A stretch of 64,000 nucleotides of DNA. Source: Candidatus Kapaibacterium sp. GTDB taxonomy: Bacteria; Bacteroidota; Ignavibacteria; Kapaibacteriales; UBA2268. A program made the translations under genes and the position numbers. The first letter of the stretch is position 1, and every line of letters starts with the position of its first letter. This document shows positions 9,230 to 19,672 of this stretch, in pieces. The DNA lies in assembly GCA_963665665.1 (NCBI GenBank), contig OY762428.1, positions 4,928,001 to 4,992,000 on the forward strand. The letters are read 5' to 3'. The notes beneath the pieces were generated by a model that saw only the letters and a program-made list of their open reading frames with translations, was not told where the DNA came from and did not search any database.

Positions 9230-11140
9230 TTATTGCCCTATAAGCAGTTCAAAGAATAAGTAATCATTTGGAATGATCAGTTCTCCCGGAATATTCTTAA
9301 TACCGGATTTGAGTTCAATATCCGGCGAAATGTCAGTTGCTGATTTAAGTATATCAGCAATTTCACCCGCGTCGGATATATCATCATCAGCACGGTAGTT
9401 AAGTATAATATTCCCCGAAACATGAGGTATTATATTGGACTTAAAATAGTCTCCAAGATCGGCTCTCTTATAATCATTTGGAAGCAAAAGCAGGTATCTG
9501 TGGTATTTTTTCCGGTTAATAATGAGAGGTTTTATGCTGAAAGCGCTGTTTTTAATCAGAGTCAAACTGAAATCACCAATAATATTTCCCGAAGATTCAA
9601 GCTGAAAAACAAGTTCATCCAGATCGGTCAGGTAAGAACCAAAATTCGAAATATCAATCGACATCTCTTCAGGCAACAGGCCATTACCCTGCTTCAATAT
9701 AAGCATATCAATATCATTTTTTAGTAAAAGGCGCCATTGGCCATTTATTGCTTTTTCTCCGGTATTGATAAACAAATCAAGAACAGGCGGTACAGGTTCA
9801 ACTAATTCAACACCGCTGGCAAAAGGGGAGGTCAGTTCAGTCGAGTTTGATTTTATCTGGCCATCAGCCAGCCTTTCATCAGCAACAAGCCTGTGCTTTT
9901 CTATTTTATTTTGAACACAGAGATAATCCCATAGTTGAGGAAAAATCTTATTTCCGCAAATCAGAATGGAATTTTTATTTTCCTTCATCCTGGAACTTAA
10001 AGTTTTCAATATCCTTGAATTCAACTGTTCCGCAAAATAGTTCCTATTCATATCAGGATCAATAAGGCGGTCGATATAAGGAGCGATAACCTGGTATTCA
10101 ACTGTCATATCATACTTTAATCGCAGGCTGGTAATAAGGGATTCGATTAAAATTTCGGGCTTTTCCGAATTGTTTTCAGCCCCGTTTTCATCTTGAATTC
10201 TGATTGAATATATGTCAAGTCCGCCAAGCCCACCTGGCCGGTCACTTGCGAACAGCAAAGTATTATTTATAATCGAAGGATCAGATTCATCAAATTCAGT
10301 ATTTACAGCCGTTAAAGGTTCAGGGCGCGACCAGCTGCCATTCACACGTAAGGAATAGTATAGATCATATCCTCCTCTGCCTTCGTACCCGTTCGTGGCA
10401 AATATCAATGTATCATCCCCTTTTAGGAAAGGGGTTATTTCATTACCTGCCGAATTCAGTTCATCAAGGCTCATCAAATTGCCCCATGAGCCATTATTAA
10501 GCCTGGAACACATCCATAAGTCGGTATCGGAACTTTCATTATATCCCATATTCGACGAAAAGATCATTATCCTGCCACCCGGACTTACTGCCGGGTGAGC
10601 ACAAAAGGCATTGCTTATCAGGCTGTCAACAGGTACGGGCTTTGTCCACTGCATTTTTTTATAAAAAGTTTTAAATATATTCATTACAGGCCTGCCCTCA
10701 TCCATCCTGTATGTTGACAGATATGCCTCGTTAGCTGAATAAAATGTAACATATGACTGGTTATTCCCGGAGATATTAATCGGAGAAGCAGATTTGGAAA
10801 TATTCCGAAAGATAAGTGAATCTCCGGCATTTGCCGAATAAAAGTATGAACGCCCGTCTCTTTCGGAATTGAAATATAATTTATTCTCAAAGTTGTTCCA
10901 GACAGCAGCAAAATCATCTGCATCTGAGTTTAATTCCTCGCAATTCCTCAAAGACTGCTCATAAAAATTGATTCCGTTGGCAAATACAGAAAAGTGTATT
11001 GATGTCATAAATATAAAGATCAGTAATATTATTCCCTTCCGAAGGTTTGCCACCTTTGGTAAACTTAACAAATGGATATTAAATATTTTTTCCGTGTAAT
11101 TGGAAATACTATCAAATAGTTTCATAATTGAAATTTTCAT
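9230..11140 (-). CDS. PD40 (WD40-like beta-propeller) domain periplasmic/secreted protein
   Basis: Repeats LYFNSERDG, HPAVSPGG, NEITPFL, GRGGYDLY, LLFASDRPGGLGGLDIY; real start may lie downstream of 11140. Confidence 0.75.
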   Translation of the reverse strand: MKISIMKLFDSISNYTEKIFNIHLLSLPKVANLRKGIILLIFIFMTSIHFSVFANGINFYEQSLRNCEELNSDADDFAAVWNNFENKLYFNSERDGRSYFYSANAGDSLIFRNISKSASPINISGNNQSYVTFYSANEAYLSTYRMDEGRPVMNIFKTFYKKMQWTKPVPVDSLISNAFCAHPAVSPGGRIMIFSSNMGYNESSDTDLWMCSRLNNGSWGNLMSLDELNSAGNEITPFLKGDDTLIFATNGYEGRGGYDLYYSLRVNGSWSRPEPLTAVNTEFDESDPSIINNTLLFASDRPGGLGGLDIYSIRIQDENGAENNSEKPEILIESLITSLRLKYDMTVEYQVIAPYIDRLIDPDMNRNYFAEQLNSRILKTLSSRMKENKNSILICGNKIFPQLWDYLCVQNKIEKHRLVADERLADGQIKSNSTELTSPFASGVELVEPVPPVLDLFINTGEKAINGQWRLLLKNDIDMLILKQGNGLLPEEMSIDISNFGSYLTDLDELVFQLESSGNIIGDFSLTLIKNSAFSIKPLIINRKKYHRYLLLLPNDYKRADLGDYFKSNIIPHVSGNIILNYRADDDISDAGEIADILKSATDISPDIELKSGIKNIPGELIIPNDYLFFELLIGQ

Positions 11141-11180
11141 AATTCCTGACTTATGTTTTCATCAAATTAAAAATTATATT

Positions 11181-11876
11181 CTACTCGCCGAGCAGATTCT
11201 GAACATCTTTATTTTTTCCGAAAAGCACCATCACATCATCCTTCTGAATAACTGTATCAGGCTCCGGCACGCCAATAATATTTATCCCAAGAGTATTAGC
11301 AAATTTCAGCAATGCTTTGTTACCGGATTGTCTTTTGATTGTTACCAGGTTCAACTTGTAATCTTTTCTTAGGTTTATCTCAATAAGATTTTTACCGATA
11401 AAGTATTCCGGCGCTGTAATTTCATAAATTCCAAAACCGTTTCCGATATCAAAGAATTCAATAAGCCCCGGCATCATAAGCCTGTTTGCGAGGTGTGCAG
11501 CCGAATCTGCTTCAGGAACAAGGAGCTCTTCCACACCCATTTGCTTCAGAATTTTCTCATGAATCGGGCTGATAACCCGGTTCATAATTCTTTTTACACC
11601 AATTTCCTGAAGCATCGCAGTTGTCAGCATTGATGATTCGAAGCCCTCGCCAATAGCAACTACTACAATATCCATATCCTGCAATCCTAAGCTTTTAAGC
11701 CCCGTGGAATCGGTGGAATCCAGGCATACAGCATAAGAGATTTTATCGCTTATCCTGTCGATTTTATCCTGATGGTTGTCCACTGCCATAACTTCAGCTC
11801 CAATCTCGGAAAGTCTGAGTGCCAGGTTATACCCAAAATGGCCAAGCCCGATAATACATATTTTTTTTGGTTTCAT
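11181..11876 (-). CDS. ktrA: TrkA/KtrA-family potassium uptake regulatory subunit
   Basis: IIGLGHFG Rossmann motif; RCK_N and RCK_C domains; adjacent to the KtrB-like gene. Confidence 0.85.
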   Translation of the reverse strand: MKPKKICIIGLGHFGYNLALRLSEIGAEVMAVDNHQDKIDRISDKISYAVCLDSTDSTGLKSLGLQDMDIVVVAIGEGFESSMLTTAMLQEIGVKRIMNRVISPIHEKILKQMGVEELLVPEADSAAHLANRLMMPGLIEFFDIGNGFGIYEITAPEYFIGKNLIEINLRKDYKLNLVTIKRQSGNKALLKFANTLGINIIGVPEPDTVIQKDDVMVLFGKNKDVQNLLGE

Positions 11877-11890
11877 AATAATTCAATAAA

Positions 11891-13666
11891 TCAGCCAACA
11901 AGAATATTCTCTCTCGGAAGGGTATATCTCGGGGATTTCCCGGGGCGGTAAAATGACATGAAAAATGTCAGCACGCCAATCCTTCCAATAAACATCATAA
12001 ATATAATCAATATTTTACCGCCGTCGCCAAGAAATCCTGTTATATTTCTGGACAGCCCGACTGTACCAACAGCCGATATAACCTCGAAAACGAGATCAAC
12101 TGGGTTTTTCGAAGGCTCGATAAGTATCAAAATAAATACCCCTACAAATAATACAATGATCGATGCCGAAATAACCATAAAGGCCCGCCTGATACTGTCC
12201 GGGTTGATTTCCCGGCGAAATAAATTCAAACGTCCCCTTCCTTTTATCAGGTTCAGCATATTAAGAAAACTAATGGAAATAGTTGTCGTTTTTATTCCGC
12301 CGCCAGTCGATCCGGGCGAAGCTCCTATCCACATCAGCAGCAGCATGATTATGAGCGCCGGCGCCGGGATCATGTCCACTGGTACGGTATTGAAACCGGC
12401 AGTCCTGCTTGTTACTGACAGGAACAGGCTGTGAAACAGTTTATCACCAGTGCCCATACCAGCATCAGGAATACCCGAAATATAAATAAGTAATGCGCCC
12501 CCAAATGTAAATACGGCTGAACTTACAAGCACAAGTTTTGTAAGCGGCCGCAGACGGTTGCTAAACTTTTCAGCAAGTGAAAAGAATACGAAACGATTCC
12601 CGTATCGGAACATATTACTTAAAGGAACAAAACCAAGCCCGCCAAGGGTTATCAGCAGCATAATTATTACAAGGAAAGGATAATTGCCGAGAACCAGGCC
12701 GTCCATCAATCCGTCTGAATAAATTGAAAATCCCGCATTGCAAAAAGCAGATACGGAATGGAATACAGACGAATACAGATATTCTGGATTCAAACTGCTA
12801 AGATTTCCGTTAAGGCATACATAAAGCGATGCGGCTCCCAATGCTTCCAGGATAAATGTAAATACGGCAATCTTCAGCAGAAGCCCCCTTACCTCGGAAA
12901 TATTATCCTCGCTAAGTAAGTCTTTCATAAGTACCCTGACACGAAAACTCATTCCACCACTCAGAAAAACAGCGAAGAAAGTTGTAAGGGTCATTATTCC
13001 GAGCCCTCCAACCTGAATTAGTGTCAGTATTACAAATTTTCCGAAAAAAGTAAATGTTGTAGCGGTATCGGTAACGATAAGGCCGGTAACACATACAGCA
13101 CTTGTTGACGTAAACAGTGCATCGAGAAAACCAAAATCTGCGCTGCTTACAGTTGCCCGGGGCATCAGCAGAACAAGAGTACCGCCAAGGATTATTATAA
13201 GGAAACTTATTGACAGAATAGCGCCGGGGTGCAGGTTTATTTTGGATATCAGGTAATTATACCTTAGCAGTTTGGTAACAAACGCCAGGAAAAGAATAAA
13301 GCTTACAACGGCTAAATACAGTAGGGAAAGCTGCTTAATACTCAGGTTTGGAAAGAGAGTGGAACTGATGTTATAAATTATATCGCCAATCACGATATTT
13401 GCAATCAGAATAACCGAGAGCAGGGTTTCAAGTTTCCTTTCCTTCACGTGGTCTTTAACTTTGTCCGACAGCATTATTCTGACAATTTCCTGCAGAACAT
13501 AAATTACGACAATAATATCTATGGCAACGCGCGAATGATCGACGAAACTTTCCGGCAGGTAAAACCCTGCGTTAGCAATGATAAGCGCAAGCGAGACAAA
13601 GCCAATAAAAGTCAGGAACCAGTCCAGCCTTTTTTTTATCAACTTTTTTTTCTCGGGAACAAGCAC
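11891..13666 (-). CDS. ktrB: TrkH/KtrB-family potassium uptake membrane subunit with extra N-terminal TM segment
   Basis: SAVCVTGL, SAFCNAGFS, SRTAGF, GASPGSTGGGIK, SAVGTVGLS and GRIG pore motifs. Confidence 0.88.
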   Translation of the reverse strand: MLVPEKKKLIKKRLDWFLTFIGFVSLALIIANAGFYLPESFVDHSRVAIDIIVVIYVLQEIVRIMLSDKVKDHVKERKLETLLSVILIANIVIGDIIYNISSTLFPNLSIKQLSLLYLAVVSFILFLAFVTKLLRYNYLISKINLHPGAILSISFLIIILGGTLVLLMPRATVSSADFGFLDALFTSTSAVCVTGLIVTDTATTFTFFGKFVILTLIQVGGLGIMTLTTFFAVFLSGGMSFRVRVLMKDLLSEDNISEVRGLLLKIAVFTFILEALGAASLYVCLNGNLSSLNPEYLYSSVFHSVSAFCNAGFSIYSDGLMDGLVLGNYPFLVIIMLLITLGGLGFVPLSNMFRYGNRFVFFSLAEKFSNRLRPLTKLVLVSSAVFTFGGALLIYISGIPDAGMGTGDKLFHSLFLSVTSRTAGFNTVPVDMIPAPALIIMLLLMWIGASPGSTGGGIKTTTISISFLNMLNLIKGRGRLNLFRREINPDSIRRAFMVISASIIVLFVGVFILILIEPSKNPVDLVFEVISAVGTVGLSRNITGFLGDGGKILIIFMMFIGRIGVLTFFMSFYRPGKSPRYTLPRENILVG

Positions 13667-13833
13667 AAAAGCTCCAAAGCATTGTGAAATATATATTCAG
13701 GCAAATTATAAAAAGAGAAGTATAAATACAAATTGGATGTTTGGGCTGCATCAGGAAAGATCACACCTATTCATCTTTACTCAGATGGCCAACACCTTTA
13801 GGCGATGTCCCATTATTCTGAATTTTTACTATT

Positions 13834-14080
13834 TGTAATTCTGAACGCAGCGAAGAATCCAGTATTCATGCAAGCTATGGATCCTTTGATTCTCTCAGGA
13901 TGACATCCCCCAACTTCTTCGCAAAATTCAATAGCCACGTGCTCTATCTCGTGGATAAGGGAGGCTAAGAAAAAGAAACCACCCCTGTATTCCCCTCTAC
14001 TTTAGGAGGGGATAAGAAGTTAAATAACATAGAATTAACTCCCCCTCCTTTCGAAGGAGGGGGCCGGGGGGAGGTAGGAA
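13834..14080. repeat. Cluster of palindromic REP-like repeats
   Basis: TGTAATTCTGAACGCAGCGAAGAATCC...GGATGACA unit; gcaaaattcaatagccacgtgctctatctcgtggataa module also at ~15120 and ~17181; cccctccttcgaaggagggg-type hairpins. Confidence 0.8.
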
Positions 14081-14084
14081 GGGT

Positions 14085-14488
14085 CTATGGTAATGCACCG
14101 ATGGTCGACACTATTGAACCAATGTTTTGCTTTATTGCCGCCTTGTTTTGCTTCAAAGACCTCCCCTTCGGGGAGGGTTTGGGAGGGGTCAGAAGAAATG
14201 CACCGATGTTTGATGATATTTCCGCCTTGTTCGACACTATTGCAGCAATGTTTTGCTTTATTGCTGCCTTGGTCCAAATCGATGCACCGATGGTTGAAGA
14301 TAATGAATTCTTGGTCGACACTATTGCACCGATGTTTGGAGTCATTGCACCGATGTTCTAAGCTATTGCACCGATGTTTGGAGTCATTGCTGCCTTGTTC
14401 CAAATCGATGCACCGATGTTTGATGATAATGAACTCTTGTTTGAAGGCATTGAACTCTTGTTCGGAGGCAAAGAACATGTTCAGTAAG
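14085..14488. repeat. Degenerate 21-nt-period repeat field (core tgcaccgatg), interrupted by a palindromic hairpin at ~14159-14188
   Basis: Consecutive 21-mers such as gtcgacactattgcaccgatg / tttggagtcattgcaccgatg / ttctaagctattgcaccgatg. Confidence 0.8.
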
Positions 14489-14740
14489 GTCAAACAAGCG
14501 TGGGATGAGGCCAAACAAGCGTGGGATGAGGCTAAACAAGCGTGGGATGAGGCCAAACAAGTGTGGGATAATGTCAAACAAGCGTGGGATAATGTCAAAC
14601 AAGCGTGGGATAATGTCAAACAAGCGTGGGATGAAGTCAAACAAGCGTGGGATGAGGCCAAACAAGCGTGGGATGAAGTCAAACAAGCGTGGGATGAGGC
14701 CAAACAAGCGTGAGATGAAGTCAAACAAGCGTGGGATGAG
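14489..14740. repeat. Tandem array of 12 near-identical 21-nt units (gYcaaacaagcgtgggatRaD)
   Basis: Counted directly; no spacers; the 21-nt register continues in degenerate form to ~14950. Confidence 0.95.
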
Positions 14741-14972
14741 GCCAAATTTCACTACAATAAGGCCAAACAGTAGTTCAATAACTCCGGCCAAGGCAGTTTA
14801 AAGCCCTGCAATCCAAGCAATTAGCCCAAACATCAGGATTTTGATTAAAAACAGCATTGAATTAAGGGAATTATCCGGTTCATTGAAACCACAGGATGGG
14901 GAATTAAGGGCGGTGCTTGGTTCATTGGGGTGGAAGAACGGGGGGTAAGGGCAGGAGAAGGAGGTATTATGT

Positions 14973-15210
14973 TGTCATTCCCCGACACGTCACCGAAAAA
15001 TCGGTGCAGGCAGGGGCAGGCTTCCGGAGCTTGCGACTGAAGAATCCATCTTCTTTAGCCAGATAATGTATAGGAATGGATACTTCGCTCCGCTCAGTAT
15101 GACATCCGCCCAGAGCATCGCAAAATTCAATAGCCAGGTGCTTTAGCTCGTGGATAAAGGAAGCTAAGAAAAAGAAACCACCCCGCCCTTCGGGTATCCT
15201 TCGAGCTTCC
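14973..15210. repeat. REP-like composite cluster at the 3' end of the helical+FN3 gene
   Basis: ttgcgactgaagaatccatc...ggatacttcgctccgctcagtatgaca...gcaaaattcaatagcca module, near-identical to 17091-17258. Confidence 0.8.
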
Positions 15211-15212
15211 GC

Positions 15213-16127
15213 CTATCCCACCGCCACCACAGCGCTTATCAGCCCGTAACCATTATGGTTGCGCGCGCGCACGGCGTACTCGGACGGACTCTCCGGTGGT
15301 GGCAGCATAGCGCTCAGATCGCGGCCCCGCCAGGCTTTCCGCCATTTTTTACCCTTTTTTGCGCTCCGCGTCACAATCTCGTAACTCGTCGCGCCCTCCA
15401 CCTCCGGCCATGAAAAAATTTCCTGCGTGGCATCATAGTCAAAATCCGCCGGAGCCTCCGGCCTGTGCGGGTTTCCGCGCCTTTTCAGGTTCACCATCCC
15501 GATTTTCTGTATCAGCACCGAATCCTTGCCCATCACCCCGCGCCACCAGCCCTTCAGCAAGGTCAGCAGCCACTCGTCGGCCTTCATCAGCTCCTTCAGC
15601 TCCGCAGTACTGTGCATCGCGCGCTTCTTTTTCTGCTCCTGTTCCTCCAGCGCCAGCTCCGTATCGGCAATCGCCGCAGCCAGCCTGTCTATCATCAGCT
15701 GCGGAATAGTTTTCGGCAGCCCCTCCTGAACGTGCCGGTTGTGCACTTCAATAATCAGCTCGGCCCTCGAAAGCATCTCCAGGCGCGACTTTGGGAACCT
15801 CAGCCCAAAATCAAAATCCTTCAGATGCTTCTGATCATCCGCGTAAATCGGAATACCCAACGCCCGCACAATCTGATAACATTCCGTCAGCTCCCTAAGC
15901 ATGTTCTGCACCGAAAAGGTCTGTGAATGCCACTGCGCAGTGTCCACCGCCGACGAACTAATCTTATTCATGAATATATCATAACAGTCCTCAGCCCAAA
16001 TACAGATTTCCTCCGGCGCATGAAGCTCGTCACGAATAAAATCATGATTATCCTGGATTTTTCTAAGCCTTTCAGCCCTTATATCATGAGTATCCTGCGA
16101 GAAATTATTGTTTAGTATTACAGACAT
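15213..16127 (-). CDS. Uncharacterised protein: predicted helical-bundle region plus C-terminal fibronectin type III-like domain
   Basis: 304 aa; GGAG RBS upstream; C-terminal PEAPADF...FSWPEVEGATSYEI...YAVRARNHNGYG FN3-like signature; no signal peptide; visibly GC-richer than its flanks. Confidence 0.75.
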   Translation of the reverse strand: MSVILNNNFSQDTHDIRAERLRKIQDNHDFIRDELHAPEEICIWAEDCYDIFMNKISSSAVDTAQWHSQTFSVQNMLRELTECYQIVRALGIPIYADDQKHLKDFDFGLRFPKSRLEMLSRAELIIEVHNRHVQEGLPKTIPQLMIDRLAAAIADTELALEEQEQKKKRAMHSTAELKELMKADEWLLTLLKGWWRGVMGKDSVLIQKIGMVNLKRRGNPHRPEAPADFDYDATQEIFSWPEVEGATSYEIVTRSAKKGKKWRKAWRGRDLSAMLPPPESPSEYAVRARNHNGYGLISAVVAVG

Positions 16128-16129
16128 TA

Positions 16130-16910
16130 TATCTCCCCGATATATAATATGATTACTAATATTAATATAAGTAATTAAATTATAAATTCAAAGAAATAAT
16201 CTACTTATACAACAAATAAAATAATAACAATTAATATTTATCTAAAATAATTTAGTAATTCTCATGTTAAAAACCATAAATAATCAATCAGAAATATTAA
16301 ATAGTGTATCTATATTGGTAAATAATTAATTCATAATATCACTTCAAATTCATTTCATATTAAATAAGCATCCTGATTTAGTAAAAAACAGATTAGCCTA
16401 ATAAATTATAATACTTTATTATATAATTGGAAAAATAATATATACAATTAGTATAACTTATTATTTTATCATATACATAAATTAATCAATAATATATATA
16501 AGGAATTTAGTTAGATAAACTATATCAAGCATAAAATAGATTATATATTTAATAAATTATACCAATAAAATATGAAATTATGATGATTATATATTCTGAT
16601 AAATGAAATATATAATAGATTACACTTACTAAATATTAATCTGATTATCCGATACTAACCAATTGCACACACCAAATCATTTACAGGATTAGGCTTCATT
16701 CAAATAATCCGGATATTAATTATTTTGAAATAAAGAATCAGAATTATAGTACAAATATTCAGACTTTCCCGATATTGATTCACAATATTGAAAGTAAGAA
16801 TCAAAATACTAAGATAAAGAATTGATATTTTCAGCAATCAGATCACTATTTTGATATAAATTATTGGAATTGTGGGGTATATGATTGATATTTTGTGGTA
16901 AATAATGACA
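16130..16910. other. Extremely AT-rich leader with 21-nt periodicity in its distal part
   Basis: No ORF >=60 aa; 21-nt register visible at ~16735-16900; 16504-16529 matches the reverse complement of 63515-63540 at 25/26 nt. Confidence 0.6.
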
Positions 16911-16914
16911 AATC

Positions 16915-17792
16915 CGCCGCAGGAGGACATTCTTATCCCTCATCCCCCTGTTTATCGGAATGAAGGATAGCGGCGTAGCCGCGACATTTTTGTAGTAAAT
17001 CGATCCCGGGATGAATAACAGCCCCGTCGGGGCGGCATTTACATTTCAGATGTCGCTCCTACGGAGCTTTTTTATATTATTCCGATGCTCTTGCGACTGA
17101 AGAATCCATCTTAATTTGCCAGATTATATATGAAGAATGGATACTTCGCTCCGCTCAGTATGACATTCCATGCAGAGCATCGCAAAATTCAATAGCCACG
17201 TGCTCTATCTCGTGGATAAATGTGCAAGGTGCGAAGGCAAAGAAAAAGAATCCACCCCGTCTCGCTGCGCTCGCCACCCCTCGAGAGGGGAATTTTTCGG
17301 AATCCACCCCAGCCTGCTATGCCGCCACCCCCTGCCTGTCCCGATATATCTGGAATAAATCGGGGACGGTTGGGAAAATTTTATTGGTATGAAGGATAGC
17401 GGCGTAGCCGCGACATTTTTGTAGTAAATCGATCCCGAAAAGAACAACAGCCCCGTCGGGGCGGCATTTACATTTCAGATGTCGCTCCTACGGAGCTTCG
17501 AATGAAGATTATGCAAATATTTTCTACAAAAATTCCGCTCCTACGGAGCTTTTTTATATGATTTCGCTGCTCTTGCAACAGAGGAAGTCCACATTTACTT
17601 TGCAGATAATGTATAAAGAATGGATACTTCGCTTCGCTCAGTATGACAATCCATGCGCCAGCGGGGGACAGGTGATTTCCTCTCCTTCCCAAGCCCCTGC
17701 TTGGGAAGGAATATTTCCTGCAAAGTTCTACTTTGAAATAGAGAAGCTCAGTTTCAGGAAAAATGCATTACGAAGTACAACTTCGTAATGAG
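16915..17792. repeat. Large mosaic of several REP-like palindromic repeat families
   Basis: Direct duplication ~16959-17068 / ~17389-17498 (gctcctacggagc type); module 17091-17258; ttcccaagcccctgcttgggaa and ttacgaagtacaacttcgtaa hairpins. Confidence 0.85.
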
Positions 17793-17890
17793 GGGGGTAG
17801 GAAGGGGCAGCAGGATATTTTCAATTTCATTTTCTTGATAAAAACCTTTGTTTTCTCATTTCATTCAGCTAATTTTGTACTGATAGTTTA

Positions 17891-18058
17891 TGGGTGTTCT
17901 CCGTGAACCCACGGCAAACTTAAAAGGGAAGCATGTGAAAATCATGCACGGTTGCGCCGCTGTAACGGGGGACGAGCTTTTCAGGCCGAGAGGCAGCCAC
18001 TGCGGAAACGCGGGAAGGCGAAAAGCAAGAACGATCCCGGAGTCAGAAGACCTGCCCA
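17891..18058 (+). promoter_or_regulatory. Cobalamin (AdoCbl) riboswitch
   Basis: AAAAGGGAA, GCCGCTGTAA, GCCACTG...GGGAAGG and GAGTCAGAAGACCTGCC (B12-box) elements; upstream of a TonB-receptor operon. Confidence 0.93.
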
Positions 18059-18208
18059 TGAATCTCATTGGCCGCCATTTGTGGCGACATCCGCGCTAAC
18101 GGATGCAGTGAAGAGATTTGATGATAAAACACTCGCACATCACTCCCGCTCATTGTACATACTCGTTAGCAAACAGTTTTGTTTGTTGAATTATCTTTTT
18201 CGAGGTTT

Positions 18209-19555
18209 ATGATGAAAAAACTTTTACTTACTTTCGCGATAGCTTTTGTTTTTTGCATGGCAAATGTTTCCGCACAGCTTAACGAGGTAATGGAAATTCA
18301 GGTTGGCACACAACCTATGGCTATTATTACCGACGAGGCAAACCAGTGCTATCATGTTTTCTGTAACGGCCAGGATATTAACTGGGACGGCATCCAGGAT
18401 GAGGGAGACGAAACACAGTCATGGTGGAAAATCCCTTTCTTACCTGAAAATTTTGACCCCGGAGCAGCTATAAAAGCAGAAAAAGTAAGGGATTTTGATT
18501 TCATGCGCATGGTATTTCCGTTCCGTCCGGGTTATAATGCTGAAGAAGGAATTGTCTATCTTTCTGATATTTCCGGCGCTACAAAGGCATATAATACAAG
18601 TAACGGCGAGTTGATAAATGATCTGAATCTGCCAACAGATTTATCCTCAACTGATGGTTTAAACAATTTTATCTTTGGAACTTCTACAACAGCTGAAGGC
18701 GACGGCATTCTTGAGATAATTGACGGAGTCGGTGGCCTTATAGAAAGTTACGAGGTCAACAAGAATCCATTCATGACATTGGCGTTTGAATACAATGGCA
18801 AAATTCATATAGTAGTGGCAAGCTATGGCGATTACAACTCTGATGATTCTGCTGTTGAAATTTTTATTGAAGATAATGTTGGTTTTACATTGGCTGCTAA
18901 GTTTGAACATTTGGGCAATACGCTGAACTATCTTACATTTTTTGAAGGTAAAATTGCCGCTGTTTCTAATGGATCGCACAAAATTGATATTATTGATTTG
19001 GAATCACTAACTATCGAAAAATCCATCAATTTGCCAACAACAGGTTATGATGGCCCGCGGGAATGCGTTTACTCTAAGGCTCACGAGCTTTTATTCGTTT
19101 CGGCTTACGATGGAAATATTTATTCTGTAAACCCTGAAACAGGAGAAGTTCTTACAGCAGTTGAAGCAGGCTGCAAAACGGAAGGCATGGCTTTCCAAAG
19201 CCCCAAATATGTGCTTGGAACGGCTATTATGGAAAAAGGCGCTTATACTTATATGGACAAGATAATCGTTTACGAAGTGAAATATACATCCGTTGATGAT
19301 AATAATTATAACTACAGCGTTTATCCGCTTCCGGCAATCAACGCTATTACAATTCAGTTCAATGAAGATATTATTTCTGCAGATAATCTCGTTGTTTACA
19401 CTCAGAACGGTGGCAAAGTAAATATCAACAACTCGTCAATAAATGCAAATAAACTAAACCTTGAACTGGCAAATTCCATTTCAAACGGTTTATACATTGT
19501 TAGTTTTACATCAAACGGTGTTGAATATAAAGTTCCGTTTGTTGTTAATAAATAA
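18209..19555 (+). CDS. Secreted YncE/BtuG-like beta-propeller with T9SS C-terminal domain; putative cobalamin-binding protein
   Basis: Signal peptide MMKKLLLTFAIAF...SAQ; propeller-like repeats; CTD VYPLPA...GLYIV; first gene after the B12 riboswitch; GAGG RBS before ATG 18209. Confidence 0.7.
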   Translation: MMKKLLLTFAIAFVFCMANVSAQLNEVMEIQVGTQPMAIITDEANQCYHVFCNGQDINWDGIQDEGDETQSWWKIPFLPENFDPGAAIKAEKVRDFDFMRMVFPFRPGYNAEEGIVYLSDISGATKAYNTSNGELINDLNLPTDLSSTDGLNNFIFGTSTTAEGDGILEIIDGVGGLIESYEVNKNPFMTLAFEYNGKIHIVVASYGDYNSDDSAVEIFIEDNVGFTLAAKFEHLGNTLNYLTFFEGKIAAVSNGSHKIDIIDLESLTIEKSINLPTTGYDGPRECVYSKAHELLFVSAYDGNIYSVNPETGEVLTAVEAGCKTEGMAFQSPKYVLGTAIMEKGAYTYMDKIIVYEVKYTSVDDNNYNYSVYPLPAINAITIQFNEDIISADNLVVYTQNGGKVNINNSSINANKLNLELANSISNGLYIVSFTSNGVEYKVPFVVNK

Positions 19556-19574
19556 ATTTTCAGACATAGCATCT

Positions 19575-19606
19575 GCTCCCGGGCTTCGGTCCGGGGGCTC
19601 CTTTTT
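19575..19606 (+). terminator. Intra-operon GC hairpin (UUCG loop) with T-run
   Basis: gctcccgggc-ttcg-gtccgggggc-tccttttt. Confidence 0.55.
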
Positions 19607-19672
19607 CGGATTGGAAATTTTGAGATTTGCACATTATCATATCAGTAATATTATCATATAGAAAATAAAAAA

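Noticed and set aside
14489-14740. 21-nt arrays (also 32610-32808 and 63125-63378) as CRISPR arrays
   Set aside because: Units are head-to-tail with no unique spacers, and there are no cas genes in the window
14035-14801. Six overlapping ORFs over the repeat field (e.g. AKQAWDE heptads) as confident genes
   Set aside because: A stop-poor 21-mer opens several frames on both strands; no clear RBS, and the coiled-coil frame is broken by TGA at 14711-14713. Coding is not excluded but is unsupported
16130-16910. AT-rich tracts (also 63400-63900) as replication origins
   Set aside because: No cluster of DnaA boxes seen and no dnaA/rep gene nearby
17170-18212. Short ORFs at 17170-18212
   Set aside because: They are translations of REP-like palindromes and of the cobalamin riboswitch
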